From assembly GCA_035761145.1 (NCBI GenBank), contig DASTRQ010000171.1, positions 1 to 52,651 on the forward strand: 52,651 bases of DNA, read 5' to 3'. The position numbers were made by a program, and so were the translations under genes. This DNA comes from Gemmatimonadales bacterium (GTDB lineage: Bacteria; Gemmatimonadota; Gemmatimonadetes; Gemmatimonadales; GWC2-71-9). Position 1 is the first letter of the stretch; each line of letters opens with the position of its first letter. Shown here one piece after another: positions 52,033-52,651 of this stretch. The notes under the pieces are model-generated. The model had not been told where the DNA came from. It saw only the letters and a list, made by a program, of their open reading frames with translations, and did not search any database.

Positions 52033-52651
52033 ATGCCACCGAAGCCCTTGTCCGACCTGCACTTCGCGCGCCTGTTCGCCCAGCGGGTCGCCGACCATCC
52101 CGACCGCGAATTCCTCGTGGTCGGCGATCGGCGTTCCACCTGGCGTCAGGTGGAGCGGGAGGCGGGGGCGTTGGCGGCGGCCATGGCCGCTCGCGGCCTT
52201 GGGCCGGGGGACCGTCTGGCCCTGGTCCTCCCGAACTGGGGGGAGGCGGTGGTGGCGATCCTCGCCGCGGCCCGGCTGGGCGCGGTGGTGGTCCCGCTCG
52301 ACCCCGCCTCGAGCTTCCACGAGCTGCGCTATCTCCTCCGCCACGGCGAGGTCCGGGCGGCGGTGGTGGCGGAGCGGTGGAACGGCCAGGAGCTGCTCGA
52401 GGATTTCGACGAGTTGATGCCCGAGCTCCCCGACCTCGCCTTCCTGGTGACGGTGGGCCCCGAGGAGCTCTGGCACGACGACCGGATCCTCCAGTACGAG
52501 GATCTCGTGGCCCGGGGCGGGGGCGACGCCCCCGTGGCCGAGCTCGATCCCGCGGCCGCCCCGCTGGCGCTGCTCTACACGAGCGGCACCACGGGGAAGC
52601 CCAAGGGCGTGGTGCTGAGCCACGCCGCGGTGCTCGGCTCGGCCGTGGCCA
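52033..52651 (+). CDS. AMP-dependent acyl-CoA synthetase/ligase, N-terminal part (3' end outside window)
   Basis: Hand translation from ATG 52033: MPPKPLSDLHFARLFAQRVADHPDREFLV...LLYTSGTTGKPKGVVLSHAAV. LYTSGTTGKPKGV is the AMP-binding signature. It is missing from the ORF track because no stop lies in the window. Confidence 0.85.
   Translation, partial: MPPKPLSDLHFARLFAQRVADHPDREFLVVGDRRSTWRQVEREAGALAAAMAARGLGPGDRLALVLPNWGEAVVAILAAARLGAVVVPLDPASSFHELRYLLRHGEVRAAVVAERWNGQELLEDFDELMPELPDLAFLVTVGPEELWHDDRILQYEDLVARGGGDAPVAELDPAAAPLALLYTSGTTGKPKGVVLSHAAVLGSAVA

Overview
This is a 52.65-kb, very GC-rich chromosomal segment. The gene content indicates a diderm bacterium: lgt, an Omp85-type barrel, an msbA-like exporter, a heptosyltransferase and PBP1A are all present. 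I support about 55 protein-coding genes and found no rRNA, tRNA, CRISPR array, transposase or integrase.

Layout:
- 1-4621 (+): HAD fragment, CYTH protein, acpS, and a cytochrome c-FTR1 iron permease.
- 4622-5270: an AT-richer non-coding island.
- 5271-24400 (-): a run of 24 co-directional genes, many with 1-4 nt stop/start overlaps. In transcription order they are yebC, ruvC, ruvA, a small zinc-ribbon ORF, ruvB, queA, tgt, yajC, def, fmt, thiE, thiS, thiG, rsmB, a PASTA protein, rpe, tlpA-like, ybbR-like, tsaD, lgt, a GGDEF cyclase and an IPT-repeat lipoprotein.
- 25014-37595: an envelope glycoconjugate cluster with a GT9 heptosyltransferase, a CheY-PglZ (PorX-like) regulator coupled to an msbA-like exporter, two CgeB-like genes, three GT4 genes, one GT2-like gene and one methyltransferase gene.
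- 37567-46691: patatin-ferredoxin fusion, lone OppC-type permease, class V aminotransferase, tyrS, PBP1A, amidohydrolase, argR and an HNH endonuclease.
- 46749-51841 (-): a four-gene unit of sensor kinase, sigma-54 activator, bactofilin-like/Omp85 barrel and DUF4390.
- 52033-end (+): the 5' part of an acyl-CoA synthetase.

The most interesting signals are non-coding or structural:
- A candidate sigma-54-dependent small RNA at 4818-4953(-), with an exact TGGCAC-N5-TTGC promoter, an anti-SD tract, an intrinsic terminator and upstream enhancer-like palindromes.
- A decayed duplicate of the GGDEF gene's 3' end, which brackets the compositionally atypical IPT lipoprotein gene.
- A family of ~180-bp nested palindromic repeats around queA.
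- Pervasive tandem heptamer arrays in the intergenic spacers, some of which meet the G-quadruplex rule.
- Two CTGA stop/start overlaps that imply CUG initiation (rsmB and ruvC).
- A 57-codon zinc-ribbon ORF between ruvA and ruvB that is missing from the ORF track.

All functional calls rest on motif recognition by eye. No database search was run.
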